From: an uncultured Polaribacter sp.
GTDB taxonomy: Bacteria; Bacteroidota; Bacteroidia; Flavobacteriales; Flavobacteriaceae
Reading direction: 5' to 3'
Length of the DNA: 64,000 bases
Assembly: GCA_963422315.1 (NCBI GenBank)
Contig: OY729423.1
Location: forward strand, 568,131 to 632,130
Shown: positions 49,118 through 59,455 of the stretch, piece after piece
How positions within the stretch are numbered: position 1 is the stretch's first letter
Layout of the letters: every line of letters begins with the position of its first letter
Program-made: the position numbers and the translations under genes
Notes under the pieces: model-generated
What the model was told of the DNA's origin: nothing
The model's input: the letters and a program-made list of their open reading frames with translations, nothing else
The model's database searches: none

Positions 49118-49900
49118 ATGAAAGTAGAAACAATTTTAGTATCACAGCCTGAGCCGAAGAACGGAGTATCGCCATATTTTGACCTATCAGCTAAATATAA
49201 AGTTAAAATTGATTTTAGACCTTTTATTCATATAAAAGCCATTCCTACTAAAAAAGTTAGAGAAAAAAGACTTGACCTAAACACCTTTACTGGGATTATT
49301 TTAACAAGCAGAAATGCGGTTGATTACTTTTTTAAAATCTCTGAAGAGATGTATTTTAAAGTACCTGAAAAAATGAGATATTTTTGTCTTTCAGAAGCAG
49401 TGGGTAGCTATTTACAAAAGTACGTTATGTACAGAAAGCGCAAAATTTACGTTGGAGACAACACTTTAACTGGGCTAACTAAAATTATTAAAAAGCATAG
49501 AACAGAAAAATTTTTACTACCGAGTTCCGATAAGTTAAAACCTTTAATCTCCAAAGAGCTTGATAAAACACAAATAGACTGGACTAGGCTTGATTTGTAC
49601 GAGACAGTTGTCAGTGATTTATCTGATTTAAAAACTGTTTTTTACGATATTTTAGTGTTTTTTAGCCCTTCTGGTATTAAGTCTTTATTTGAAAATTTTC
49701 CTAATTTTAAAAAAGGAAAAACTAAAATTGCAGCTTTCGGAAACTCAACCGTAGAAGCCGTTGAAGAAGCAGGACTTACCTGTGATATTCAAGCACCAAC
49801 TCCAGTAACTCCTTCTATGACTATGGCGATAGAAAAATACCTTAAAGTAGCTAACAAAAAACCGCCTGTTAGAAAAAATGTAAAAGCAAAAATTTTATAA
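49118..49900 (+). CDS. hemD: Uroporphyrinogen-III synthase
   Basis: The internal ATG (MKVETILVSQPEP...) fits the family start, and the sequence is HEM4-like. Confidence 0.7.
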   Translation: MKVETILVSQPEPKNGVSPYFDLSAKYKVKIDFRPFIHIKAIPTKKVREKRLDLNTFTGIILTSRNAVDYFFKISEEMYFKVPEKMRYFCLSEAVGSYLQKYVMYRKRKIYVGDNTLTGLTKIIKKHRTEKFLLPSSDKLKPLISKELDKTQIDWTRLDLYETVVSDLSDLKTVFYDILVFFSPSGIKSLFENFPNFKKGKTKIAAFGNSTVEAVEEAGLTCDIQAPTPVTPSMTMAIEKYLKVANKKPPVRKNVKAKIL

Positions 49901-50126
49901 TAAAGTAACTTTAACAAAAGCAAGAAGCTACAAGTTGCTTAATCTTTAATTATATTATAAGTCTAATTTGCTTGTGGTAAAAAGTCATCATGCTCAAAAT
50001 TTTAGCAAGTATAATCTGCAATATTAGTTTTCGTATATTCTCGCTTAACTCTAATTTATTGAAAAAGATTAAACTAAAACTCTAGTAGCTAAAACCAAAG
50101 TTGACTCTATATCGGTCATAATTTTC

Positions 50127-50134
50127 TATCTTTG
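50127..50134 (+). promoter_or_regulatory. Candidate -7 box TATCTTTG
   Basis: 9 bp upstream of the ATG at 50143. Confidence 0.35.
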
Positions 50135-50142
50135 ATTTATAA

Positions 50143-51003
50143 ATGAAGAAAGTAAAAATAATAGAATGTCCGAGAGACGCGATGCAGGGAATAAAAAGTC
50201 GCTTTATTCATACAGAAGAAAAAGCGTCATATATAAATGCACTTTTGAAAGTAGGATTTAACACTATAGATTTTGGGAGCTTTGTTTCGCCAAAATCAAT
50301 ACCTCAAATGCGTGATACCGCAAAAGTTTTAGAAAAGTTAGATTTGTCAAGCACTCAAAGTAAAATGTTAGTTATAGTTGCAAATATTCGTGGTGCTAAC
50401 GAAGCTTGTAGTTTTGAAGAAATTGATTATTTGGGCTTTCCGTTTTCTATTTCGGAAAACTTTCAAATGAGAAATACTCATAAGACTATAAAAGAATCTG
50501 TTAAGACATTAAACGAAATTTTAGATTTAACCGATAGACATAATAAAGAATTAGTAGTTTATTTGTCGATGGGGTTTGGCAACCCTTATGGCGACCCTTG
50601 GAATGTAGAAATAGTAGGAAGTTGGATAGAGAAATTAGTCAATATGGGAGCAAAAATAATATCGCTTTCTGATACTGTTGGCAGCGCTACTTCAGAGGTA
50701 ATTAGTTATTTGTTTTCAAATCTTATACCGCTATATCCTAATATTGAATTTGGAGCACATTTGCATAGTACTTTAGAAAAATGGTACGAAAAAGTATATG
50801 CAGCTTTTAGTATGGGTTGCAATAGATTTGATGGGACTATTAAAGGCTACGGCGGTTGTCCAATGGCTACTAACAAACTTACTGGTAATATGCCAACGGA
50901 AAAATTAATAAATTTTTTTAATATTAACAAAGCTGAAACTAATATAAATCCGATGTACTTTGAGTATGCTTATAACAAGGCTTTAAAAATTTTAAAAAAT
51001 TAA
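50143..51003 (+). CDS. Hydroxymethylglutaryl-CoA lyase
   Basis: 286 aa with an N-terminal ECPRDAMQG pattern, HMGL-like. Confidence 0.8.
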   Translation: MKKVKIIECPRDAMQGIKSRFIHTEEKASYINALLKVGFNTIDFGSFVSPKSIPQMRDTAKVLEKLDLSSTQSKMLVIVANIRGANEACSFEEIDYLGFPFSISENFQMRNTHKTIKESVKTLNEILDLTDRHNKELVVYLSMGFGNPYGDPWNVEIVGSWIEKLVNMGAKIISLSDTVGSATSEVISYLFSNLIPLYPNIEFGAHLHSTLEKWYEKVYAAFSMGCNRFDGTIKGYGGCPMATNKLTGNMPTEKLINFFNINKAETNINPMYFEYAYNKALKILKN

Positions 51004-51025
51004 TTTTTATAATAGAACAATAAAA

Positions 51026-51994
51026 ATGATAAATACAATAAGCAAAACTAATTTTAAATTTCCTTATCAAAGCTCTATTTATAAAGGTAAGGTAAGGGAT
51101 GTTTATACTATTAATGATGAGTTTATAGTAATGATAGCCACGGATAGATTATCTGCTTTTGATGTAATATTGCCTTATCAAATACCTTATAAAGGACAAG
51201 TTTTAAATCAAATTTCGGTAAAAATGATGGAATCTACTTCGGATATAGCTCCGAATTGGTTGATTTCTAACCCCGATGAAAATGTATCGGTAGGTTATTT
51301 GTGTGAGCCTTTTAAGGTAGAAATGGTTATACGAGGCTATCTTTCGGGACACGCGGCAAGAGAGTACAGCTCTGGCAAAAGACAATTGTGTGATGTTAAA
51401 GTACCAAACGGATTGAGAGAAAACGACAAGTTTACAGTCCCTATTATAACTCCGACTATCAAAGCAAATAAGGGTAAAAAAGATGAAGATACTTCACGCG
51501 AAGTCCTACTTTCAAAAGGTATAATTTCTGAAGAAGATTACACTATTATAGAAAATTATACTAAAAACCTTTTTAAAAGAGGCACTGAATTAGCAGAGAA
51601 AAAAGGACTAATTTTAGCGGACACTAAATACGAATTTGGAAAAACAAAAGATGGAAAAATTGTTTTGATTGATGAAATACATACGCCAGATTCGTCTCGC
51701 TATTTTCATATAAATAGCTACGAAGAAAAGCAAAGCAAAGGAGAACCCCAAATTCAATTATCGAAAGAATTTATACGCCAATGGTTAATAGCAAATAATT
51801 TTCAAGGTAAAAGTGGGCAACAAATACCGAAGATGTCGGAAGAAAAAATTATTGAAATTTCAAATTTATATATAAAATTATACGAACAAATTACTGGCGA
51901 AGTTTTTCAAAAAGCTCCAACAGAAAACATCTTGAACAGAGTAGAAAAAAATTGTTATAGACACTTTTTTAACCTTTCAAAAACAAAGTTTTAA
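51026..51994 (+). CDS. purC: Phosphoribosylaminoimidazole-succinocarboxamide synthase
   Basis: 322 aa, long-form SAICAR synthetase (GKVRDVY..., DEIHTPDSSRY). Confidence 0.85.
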   Translation: MINTISKTNFKFPYQSSIYKGKVRDVYTINDEFIVMIATDRLSAFDVILPYQIPYKGQVLNQISVKMMESTSDIAPNWLISNPDENVSVGYLCEPFKVEMVIRGYLSGHAAREYSSGKRQLCDVKVPNGLRENDKFTVPIITPTIKANKGKKDEDTSREVLLSKGIISEEDYTIIENYTKNLFKRGTELAEKKGLILADTKYEFGKTKDGKIVLIDEIHTPDSSRYFHINSYEEKQSKGEPQIQLSKEFIRQWLIANNFQGKSGQQIPKMSEEKIIEISNLYIKLYEQITGEVFQKAPTENILNRVEKNCYRHFFNLSKTKF

Positions 51995-52090
51995 ACTTAA
52001 TTTTGAAATAGTTATTTTTGAAATTTAACTCATTGTTATTAACTTTATAGGCTCTAGTTTGAGTTATATTATACTAAAAAAGTTGTTTTT

Positions 52091-53815
52091 ATGATTGAAA
52101 ATATTGATGAAAACTTAAAAACAAAGTACTCGGAATTGTCTTTAGAAAAACTTGTTTCGGAGCTAAAAAAAATCGTTTCTAAAGACATCAGACATGAGTT
52201 AAAATTACAGATTGAAGCAATTAAAGAAAGTTTTAATCAGAAATATGAAGAGCTGTTAGCAGAAAAAAAAGCGATTTTTATTGCGCAAGGTGGCAACATA
52301 ATTGATTTTTATTTTTCAATTCCAGTAAAAAACGAGTATGATAGGCTTATTTCAGAATATAAAAAGAAGCGATCTGTTTATTATAAAGAGCTAAAAAAAC
52401 AATTTGATCTAAATTTAAAAAAGAGATATGCTGTAATAGAGCAGTTGAAAGAGTTGATAGAAAACGCTGATTCTACAACGATGTATAGAAAATATAAGGA
52501 GATACAAAAGTCGTGGAGGTCTATTGGTCCGGTTCCGAAAAATCAATATACCGATACTTGGAAAATTTACCGCCACCACGAGAAGCGATTTTATGATTTA
52601 TTACAATTAAGCAATGAATTTAGAGAAATAGACTTTAAAAAAAATTTAGATGAAAAATTAAATATTATAGAAAAAGCGGAGGCTTTAGTTGAAGAAAAAA
52701 ATATAAACGTCGCATTTAAAAAACTTCAAGAGCTACACGAAATTTGGAAAAAAAACACTGGACCTATTCCGAGAGAATTGAGAGAAGAAACTTGGCAAAA
52801 GTTTAGTGCTGCTACTAAAAAAATTCATGATAGAAAAAGTGTTTATTTAAAAGAAATGAGCTCAAAAAGTGCTGCTATTATTGAACAAAAATTAGAAGTA
52901 GTAAATAAAATTGAGACTTATGACTTTTCTAATAACAAGTCGTATTTAGACTGGAAAAAGAGTATAAACGACATTGAAAAATACAGGCAACAATATCTTG
53001 ACGCTGGTAAATTACAATACAATAAAGATGAAATAGTTTGGCAAAAATTTAAAGCTGCTATAAAAAAATTTAATACTGCTAAAAATCAATTTTACAAACA
53101 AGAAAAAAAAGAGCAGATTAAAAATTTAGAGAAGAAAACTGCTTTAATAGATCTTGCAGAATCGTTAAAAGACAGCGAAGACTGGAAAAACACGACCGAG
53201 GCTATGAAAAAAATTCAGGAAGACTGGAGAAAAATTGGAAACGTTCCCCGTAACTCTTCTGATAAAATATGGCTTCGCTTTAAAACCGCTTGTGATTATT
53301 ATTTTGACAGATTTCATCAAAATAACAGTTCTTTAAGCGAGGAAGACCAAAACATCATTAACGCTAAAAAAACATTTTTAGAAGAAACAATTAACAACAT
53401 AAGTAATCCTTCTAAAAATAAAATTTTAAATGCTATAAATTCATGGAGAGAGTTAGGAGCATTACCGAAAAGTGCAAAGTATTTATATAATAATTTTAGT
53501 AAGCAAATAGACCAGCTATTGGCGAGTTCTTCATTAAAAGAGCGGGAAGTTTCTTTTTTAAAATTTCAATATACTATAGATCAACATGTTGCAAATAAAG
53601 ATGCTAAAAAGTTATCTTCTGAACAATTTTATATTAGAAAAAAAATTGATGAAATTGTAAGAGAAATAAATCAATTAGAAAATAACTTAAGTTTTTTTCA
53701 AAACACTGGTGAAAGCAATCCTCTAATAACGAATGTTAGGAAAAAAATAAGTAGCCTTAACGAAAATTTAAGTCTTTGGAACGAGAAGTTAAAATATTTG
53801 AAAAGCGTGTGTTAG
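52091..53815 (+). CDS. DUF349 repeat protein
   Basis: 574 aa with repeated W..F...-type helical DUF349 units. Confidence 0.7.
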   Translation: MIENIDENLKTKYSELSLEKLVSELKKIVSKDIRHELKLQIEAIKESFNQKYEELLAEKKAIFIAQGGNIIDFYFSIPVKNEYDRLISEYKKKRSVYYKELKKQFDLNLKKRYAVIEQLKELIENADSTTMYRKYKEIQKSWRSIGPVPKNQYTDTWKIYRHHEKRFYDLLQLSNEFREIDFKKNLDEKLNIIEKAEALVEEKNINVAFKKLQELHEIWKKNTGPIPRELREETWQKFSAATKKIHDRKSVYLKEMSSKSAAIIEQKLEVVNKIETYDFSNNKSYLDWKKSINDIEKYRQQYLDAGKLQYNKDEIVWQKFKAAIKKFNTAKNQFYKQEKKEQIKNLEKKTALIDLAESLKDSEDWKNTTEAMKKIQEDWRKIGNVPRNSSDKIWLRFKTACDYYFDRFHQNNSSLSEEDQNIINAKKTFLEETINNISNPSKNKILNAINSWRELGALPKSAKYLYNNFSKQIDQLLASSSLKEREVSFLKFQYTIDQHVANKDAKKLSSEQFYIRKKIDEIVREINQLENNLSFFQNTGESNPLITNVRKKISSLNENLSLWNEKLKYLKSVC

Positions 53816-53834
53816 TTGTCAAAAAAAATTTCTT

Positions 53835-54602
53835 TTAATTAAATAGTTTGCTCAATTTTTCTTTTTCTTCTTCTGCTAAAGTGGCATCTACCAAAATACG
53901 TCCGCTATATTCGTCAACTATAATCTTTTTTCTGTTTGAAATTTCTAATTGTACTTGTAGAGGAATTGTAAAATAAGAACCTCCAGATGCACCTCGCTCA
54001 ATAGCTACAACAGCTAATCCGTTTTTTACTTTTTTTCTAATCCTATTGTAAGCATTTAACAAATATTTATCTATGGATTTAGAATATTCTTTAGATTTCT
54101 CAAGAAGTATAAGTTCCTCTTTTTCTGTCTCCTCTAAAATAGAATCTAATTGGGGTTTTTTATGGCTTAAATGAAGCTCTTGTTTTTCTAATTTTTCTTT
54201 TACTTCATCGATAGCTTCATTTTTTTTAGTAATTTTAACATAAAACTCCCTAATTCTTTTTTCAGCTAATTGAATTTCCAAATCTTGGTATTCAATTTCT
54301 TTAGATAAAGAATCGAACTCTCGGTTATTTCGAACATTATCTTGTTGTTCGGTATATTTTTTTATTAGCCCCTTAAAGTTCTCAATAGCTAATTTTTTAT
54401 TAGAAGTCTCGGTTTCTAAATCTGCAACTTGTTGCTCTAAATTAGAAATACGAAATTCTAATTTAGCAACTTCATCTTCTAAATCTTTAACTTCTATGGG
54501 CAATTCTCCTCTTACGCTTCTAATTTCATCAATTCTAGAGTCTATTAACTGTAAGTCGTACAAAGCTCTTAATTTGCTTTCTACTGAAGTTTTATTTTTC
54601 AT
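53835..54602 (-). CDS. Coiled-coil protein of the COG1579/DUF164 type
   Basis: The start is taken at MKNKTSVESKL (54602), just after the Nif3 stop. The ORF-track extension to 54722 overlaps Nif3. This pair is conserved in many bacteria. Confidence 0.6.
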   Translation of the reverse strand: MKNKTSVESKLRALYDLQLIDSRIDEIRSVRGELPIEVKDLEDEVAKLEFRISNLEQQVADLETETSNKKLAIENFKGLIKKYTEQQDNVRNNREFDSLSKEIEYQDLEIQLAEKRIREFYVKITKKNEAIDEVKEKLEKQELHLSHKKPQLDSILEETEKEELILLEKSKEYSKSIDKYLLNAYNRIRKKVKNGLAVVAIERGASGGSYFTIPLQVQLEISNRKKIIVDEYSGRILVDATLAEEEKEKLSKLFN

Positions 54603-54606
54603 AATT

Positions 54607-55704
54607 TTAAGTGTAATAATGTATTGGGTTTGTAATTTTTTCTGATAAAAGAATTGCAAAATTACTAAATTTATTTTTAAGATAGTCAACCAAAAGATTT
54701 TTTGTAAACTGTTCGCTTTCATAATGACCGATATCTGCTAGTAAAATTTTATTTTCTGATTTAAAAAAGTCGTGGTATTTAAAATCTGAACTTACGTATG
54801 CGTCTGCTTTAGCTTCAATGGCATTGGGGATAGCAAAACTTCCAGAGCCACCTAAAACCGCCACTTGATTTATTTTTTTGTTTAATAATTTAGAATGACG
54901 AATACAATTTGTCTTCATCATTTTTTTTATAAAAAACAGAAACTCTTTTTCGGACATTTCCCTTGGTAATTTACCAATCATACCGAGACCGACATCTTGG
55001 TGTACATTGTCTGTAGTTACAATATCGTATGCAATTTCCTCATAAGGGTGGTTTTTGTGTAAGGCTTTTAAAATTTTGACTTCGTTTTTACTTTCATAAA
55101 CTACCGAAACTTGAGTTTCATCTTCTGTATGATTTTCGAATCTTTTTCCTAAAGTTGGATTGGATTTCATATTGCCTCTAAAAGTTCCTTTTCCAGTTAT
55201 ATTAAACGAACAATTATCGTAATTTCCTATATTTCCTGCACCAGCTTTAAATAAAGAATCTCTTAATTTTTTAGAACTTTCCGAAGGAACATAAGTAGTA
55301 AGTTTTTTTATAATTCCTTTTTTAGAAATTAATATTTTTGTGTTTGTAAGACCCAAAATATTACAAATTTTATCCGAAACGCCATTTTTAGAATTATCCA
55401 AAGAAGTGTGAGTAGCATAAATTGCAATGTTGTTTTTAATTGCTTTAAGAACAACTCGCTCTACATAAGTATTGCCGTTGATTTTTTTTAAATTATCAAA
55501 AATTATAGGGTGAAAGCTAACTATCAGATTACATTTTTTTGCAATTGCTTCTTCTACGGTTTCCTCAAGCGTGTCTATAGTTACTAAAACTCCAGAAACT
55601 ATAGTAGAATAACTTCCTATCAATAGACCAACGTTATCGTAGCTTTCAGCATAGCTCAAAGGAGCTAATTTTTCTATATAGTTTGTAAAATCTTTTATAG
55701 TCAT
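54607..55704 (-). CDS. Nif3-like dinuclear metal center protein
   Basis: 365 aa with Nif3 family N- and C-terminal halves around an inserted domain. Confidence 0.85.
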   Translation of the reverse strand: MTIKDFTNYIEKLAPLSYAESYDNVGLLIGSYSTIVSGVLVTIDTLEETVEEAIAKKCNLIVSFHPIIFDNLKKINGNTYVERVVLKAIKNNIAIYATHTSLDNSKNGVSDKICNILGLTNTKILISKKGIIKKLTTYVPSESSKKLRDSLFKAGAGNIGNYDNCSFNITGKGTFRGNMKSNPTLGKRFENHTEDETQVSVVYESKNEVKILKALHKNHPYEEIAYDIVTTDNVHQDVGLGMIGKLPREMSEKEFLFFIKKMMKTNCIRHSKLLNKKINQVAVLGGSGSFAIPNAIEAKADAYVSSDFKYHDFFKSENKILLADIGHYESEQFTKNLLVDYLKNKFSNFAILLSEKITNPIHYYT

Positions 55705-55902
55705 AAAACAAGTAAGACTGCAATTTTTAGTAGATTTAATTTAAAAAAACAAAGGTATATAATTTTATGAATTGATTAATAGAAATGACAGAGTCAAAAT
55801 TACTAATAAGAGACTTTTAGTCTAAAATAAATTAAAAAAAATTTATTTTATCTGAAAAAAAAAATAAGGAAGCAGATTTTACAATCGACTCCCTAATTTT
55901 TG

Positions 55903-55988
55903 TACTGAAAGCGGGACTTGAACCCGCACGGACATTACTGCCCATTGGATTTTAAGTCCAACGTGTCTACCAATTCCACCATTTCAGC
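55903..55988 (-). tRNA. tRNA-Leu (anticodon TAA)
   Basis: Folded by hand on the minus strand: anticodon loop CTTAAAA, long variable arm, T-arm GGTTCAAGTCC. Confidence 0.9.
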
Positions 55989-56032
55989 ATTTTCTTATTT
56001 TAAAAAAAAACAGAACTAAAAAAAACAAATAG

Positions 56033-56104
56033 AGCGAAAGACGGGATTTGAACCCGCGACCCTTACCTTGGCAAGGTAATGCTCTACCCCTGAGCTACTT
56101 TCGC
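56033..56104 (-). tRNA. tRNA-Gly (anticodon GCC)
   Basis: Minus strand: acceptor GCGAAAG/CTTTCGC, anticodon loop TTGCCAA. Confidence 0.9.
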
Positions 56105-56208
56105 AAATATTTTATTAATATTTCCTCTTTCTGGTAAAAAAATAACTTTGCAAATATAATAAGCTTTATATATAATTTGTTTTTATTAAATTTTAACAAT
56201 TTTGTTAT

Positions 56209-56817
56209 TTACTTTGCAAGCGAAAAACGTCTCTCAACTTCGTTCCAGTTTATTATATTAAAAAATGCTTTTATATAATCGGGTCTTCTGTTTTGATAGT
56301 TTAAATAGTAAGCGTGTTCCCAAACGTCTAAACCTAAAACAGGTGTGCCACCACAGGTAATTTCTGGCATTAAGGGGTTGTCTTGGTTCGGAGTAGAGCA
56401 AACATCGACACTTCCTCCTTTATGAACGCATAACCACGCCCAACCAGAGCCAAACCGAGTAGCTGCTGCTTTTGAAAAAACTTCGACAAAAGAAGACTCC
56501 GAACCGAATTTTGATATAATAGAATCTTTTAACTCACCCGATAATAAACCCCTATTATTCGGATTAATAACAGTCCAAAATAAAGAGTGATTGTAAAAAC
56601 CACCACCGTTATTTCTAACAGCAGTATTAGTCATATCTAAATTTGTAAGAATATGCTCAATAGACTTGCCTGATAATTCTGTGTTTGCTATTGCGTTGTT
56701 TAAATTTGTTGTGTAACCATTATGATGCTTTGTATGGTGAATTTCCATAGTTCTTGAATCGATATTTGGTTCTAATGCGTCGTAACTGTAACCTAATTCT
56801 GGTAATTTGAAAGTCAT
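56209..56817 (-). CDS. sodA: Fe/Mn superoxide dismutase
   Basis: 202 aa with IHHTKHH and DVWEHAYY motifs. Confidence 0.9.
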   Translation of the reverse strand: MTFKLPELGYSYDALEPNIDSRTMEIHHTKHHNGYTTNLNNAIANTELSGKSIEHILTNLDMTNTAVRNNGGGFYNHSLFWTVINPNNRGLLSGELKDSIISKFGSESSFVEVFSKAAATRFGSGWAWLCVHKGGSVDVCSTPNQDNPLMPEITCGGTPVLGLDVWEHAYYLNYQNRRPDYIKAFFNIINWNEVERRFSLAK

Positions 56818-57221
56818 TTTAGTAAAATTTAGTAGTTAATAATAATTATTTTTTAACTGACGAAATTAGTAATAAAAAGATAGTTTTACAAATAATTTTT
56901 TGTATTGTTAAGTTCAATTAGTAAATGCAACTTTTATAGGGGAAGTTTTAATATATTTTATCAGAAAAAAAATAGAAAATAATTATCCTCTTCTTTGTGC
57001 CAGATGGAATTGCACTTTATATTATCTTCCCTTTAAAAACGCATAGTATAAAACATCTAACCAAGTAGCAAGGACGCGTAATTTTCTGCATTAACTAACA
57101 TTAGGAAAAATCGTCATATCAATAGCAGATGCTATAATTAATCTATTAATTTCTTTAAAAAAATGTAGCTCTAGTACCAAAAAAATTAAGTAGTTATTCC
57201 TAAAAAATTCTATTTTCCAAA

Positions 57222-57270
57222 ATTATTTCGTTAAAAATAAATGTGTTGAATATGTTTTAAAAGAGGACTA
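57222..57270. repeat. 49-bp perfect direct repeat, copy 1
   Basis: ATTATTTCGTTAAAAATAAATGTGTTGAATATGTTTTAAAAGAGGACTA is identical at 60440-60488. Confidence 0.95.
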
Positions 57271-57297
57271 CTTATATGTCGTCTTTGTTGTAGAGCA

Positions 57298-58302
57298 TTA
57301 TTCTTTCTCTAATATATGTAGATATTCCTTTGTGCTATTTGCTTTGTGGTTTCTATTTTTGTCTTTATCAGCTTTAAATCGTTGGTAATTTGTAATAACC
57401 ATGTTATATTTTCCATATTTGCTCATGATTTCTTTTACATTATCTACTGACATTAGTCCCTCGTTATTATAACTCAAAAATATGTACTTAAACTGGGCAT
57501 TCTTAATCAAACTTTCAAATTCGCTTAAAATAGAATTTTTGCTACAATATTTTGATTTTTGATAACTTGGTAAACCCGTTTTACCTTTTGGATCAAAATC
57601 ATTATATTTTGCAATTGTATTTAATAGATGATAATTAGATCCATATTGTCTTGTATTATAAGGAGGGTCTAAATAAAGAATATCTCCGCTTATTTCTTTG
57701 ATTAACAAATTACTATCTTTATTAAAGACGGCATGTTTATTGTCATTAATTTCAAAATTTGCAGACTGTAAAACAAGTTCTTTTTTTGCAGATTTTTTAA
57801 GGTGTTTTAAAAATGCGCCATAAACAGAAGCTGTATTAGCTATTTTATCAGCACTTTCTAATAAGCTCGATAAAAGAAAATAGTATTGTTTAAAATTTAT
57901 TTTGTTCCTCATTTTCCAATCTTCTATTTTTTTTCTAATGGTGTCTATTTTTTTGCCATTATAGTCAGAAAAATATTGGCGATTGCTTCCACTGCCCATA
58001 CAATAATTCTTAAATACAAACCCATCTTCAACAAGCGAAATTTGGTTTAATTCCTCGATTAATTGTTCTTGATTTTCTAATTTGATATGATTTTCTATAT
58101 AATTTTTATTCAAAACAAAACTATAGTATTCAATGTCGTTTGATATTACTTTTTTGACCTCTTGTTTAAAATTTCGCCCAACGATACCTGTGCCAGCAAA
58201 AATATCACAGAATATTTTTTCAGATAAATCATTCCCCACAATTGAATAGATAGTAGATTTAATGAAGTTTGATAATTTATGTTTTGATCCGATGTAATTC
58301 AT
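57298..58302 (-). CDS. N6-adenine DNA methyltransferase (D12/Dam-like class)
   Basis: 334 aa with MNYIGSKHKL..., motif I DIFAGTG (35-39) and motif IV DPPY (212-215). It resembles one half of two-domain Type IIS methylases as I recall them. Confidence 0.8.
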   Translation of the reverse strand: MNYIGSKHKLSNFIKSTIYSIVGNDLSEKIFCDIFAGTGIVGRNFKQEVKKVISNDIEYYSFVLNKNYIENHIKLENQEQLIEELNQISLVEDGFVFKNYCMGSGSNRQYFSDYNGKKIDTIRKKIEDWKMRNKINFKQYYFLLSSLLESADKIANTASVYGAFLKHLKKSAKKELVLQSANFEINDNKHAVFNKDSNLLIKEISGDILYLDPPYNTRQYGSNYHLLNTIAKYNDFDPKGKTGLPSYQKSKYCSKNSILSEFESLIKNAQFKYIFLSYNNEGLMSVDNVKEIMSKYGKYNMVITNYQRFKADKDKNRNHKANSTKEYLHILEKE

Positions 58303-58303
58303 A

Positions 58304-59389
58304 TCAGTATTCTATTTCGTCAAAAGTTATGGTATGATTGTCGCAAGAGACCGTAAATTCAACATATCTGATTTTGTGTGTATCGTTTTTCTCATTAAAA
58401 TCGTTTAACGCTCCTATAAAATCTAAATAATTACTTGTTGCTTTATCCTCTATCTGCCTTGAAATAATCATAGGCTCAATATCAGATGGGCGGTTTGGTA
58501 AATAATATTGTTCTATCCAATCTACATATCTTTGTAATTGTATTGTTATATGTGGATATGCAGTAACCGATTTTAACTCAATCGGAATTACTTTTCTGTT
58601 TGTCAAATCACTTGATAACATTATATCAATCCTTTGCATACCAACACCACAGGATACTTCATTTCCTATCCATTCAATATTTTCTTGTTCAAAAATCGAT
58701 ATGTTTTCAATATTTTGCAAAATATATGCTTGAAGATGTGTTTCAAACTGTTTGTTTTCACAATATTTTTGAATAAGCCTAGGTAGAATATTTATTTGTT
58801 CTTTTCTTCCTTGATATATTTTAGAAGTCTCAACAGTTTCTGTCTGTTGAGAAGTTTCATTAAATGTAAAATTATTACCACTAAGTACATTCCTTTCGTT
58901 TTTATTGCGAATCAAGTTAATTAAGCGCTCACTTTCATAAATTGTAATCATTGTGTTTCCTCTATTTCCTTTTAGCTTACGATATATCAAAGACCAAAGC
59001 ATTTGGTTCGGTGATTGAATGTTCTTAATTTCATCCAAAGCTTCCCATTCTGTAACTCCTTTTGAGTAAACTTGGCTAGGCTCAATAATAGTTCTAAAAG
59101 TAAGAGATTTTGATAATTCAGTTTTTAAATATTGTTCTTCATCATTATTATCTAAAAATGAAGGTACTTCTCTTACTTTGAAAACACCGAAAAACTGTCC
59201 TTCTCTAATTCCTTTTTGAAAATTTTGTTGAAGATAAAAAATTACAAAATCACCAGCTCTTACTCTTTGACTGTCTGCAATCATTCCGAGCAAATTATTT
59301 TCTGTTGTAGAATGTATTTCACTTATTGCAGAATTGTTGAAGTCAATTCTGTTATCTTTTGCACCAGTAGCAGCAAACATATATTCCAA
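58304..59389 (-). CDS. Putative restriction endonuclease: PD-(D/E)xK core with a PUA/EVE-like N-terminal half
   Basis: 361 aa. The C-terminal half carries E244...D255(RIDIML)...E271-L-K273...Q285xxY288. Its stop is 1 nt from the start of the downstream methylase gene. Confidence 0.55.
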   Translation of the reverse strand: MEYMFAATGAKDNRIDFNNSAISEIHSTTENNLLGMIADSQRVRAGDFVIFYLQQNFQKGIREGQFFGVFKVREVPSFLDNNDEEQYLKTELSKSLTFRTIIEPSQVYSKGVTEWEALDEIKNIQSPNQMLWSLIYRKLKGNRGNTMITIYESERLINLIRNKNERNVLSGNNFTFNETSQQTETVETSKIYQGRKEQINILPRLIQKYCENKQFETHLQAYILQNIENISIFEQENIEWIGNEVSCGVGMQRIDIMLSSDLTNRKVIPIELKSVTAYPHITIQLQRYVDWIEQYYLPNRPSDIEPMIISRQIEDKATSNYLDFIGALNDFNEKNDTHKIRYVEFTVSCDNHTITFDEIEY

Positions 59390-59455
59390 ATGATATTTGA
59401 AAGTATTTGTACCTACTATAAAAACATGTGTTGTATTAGTTGAATCTAAATCATC

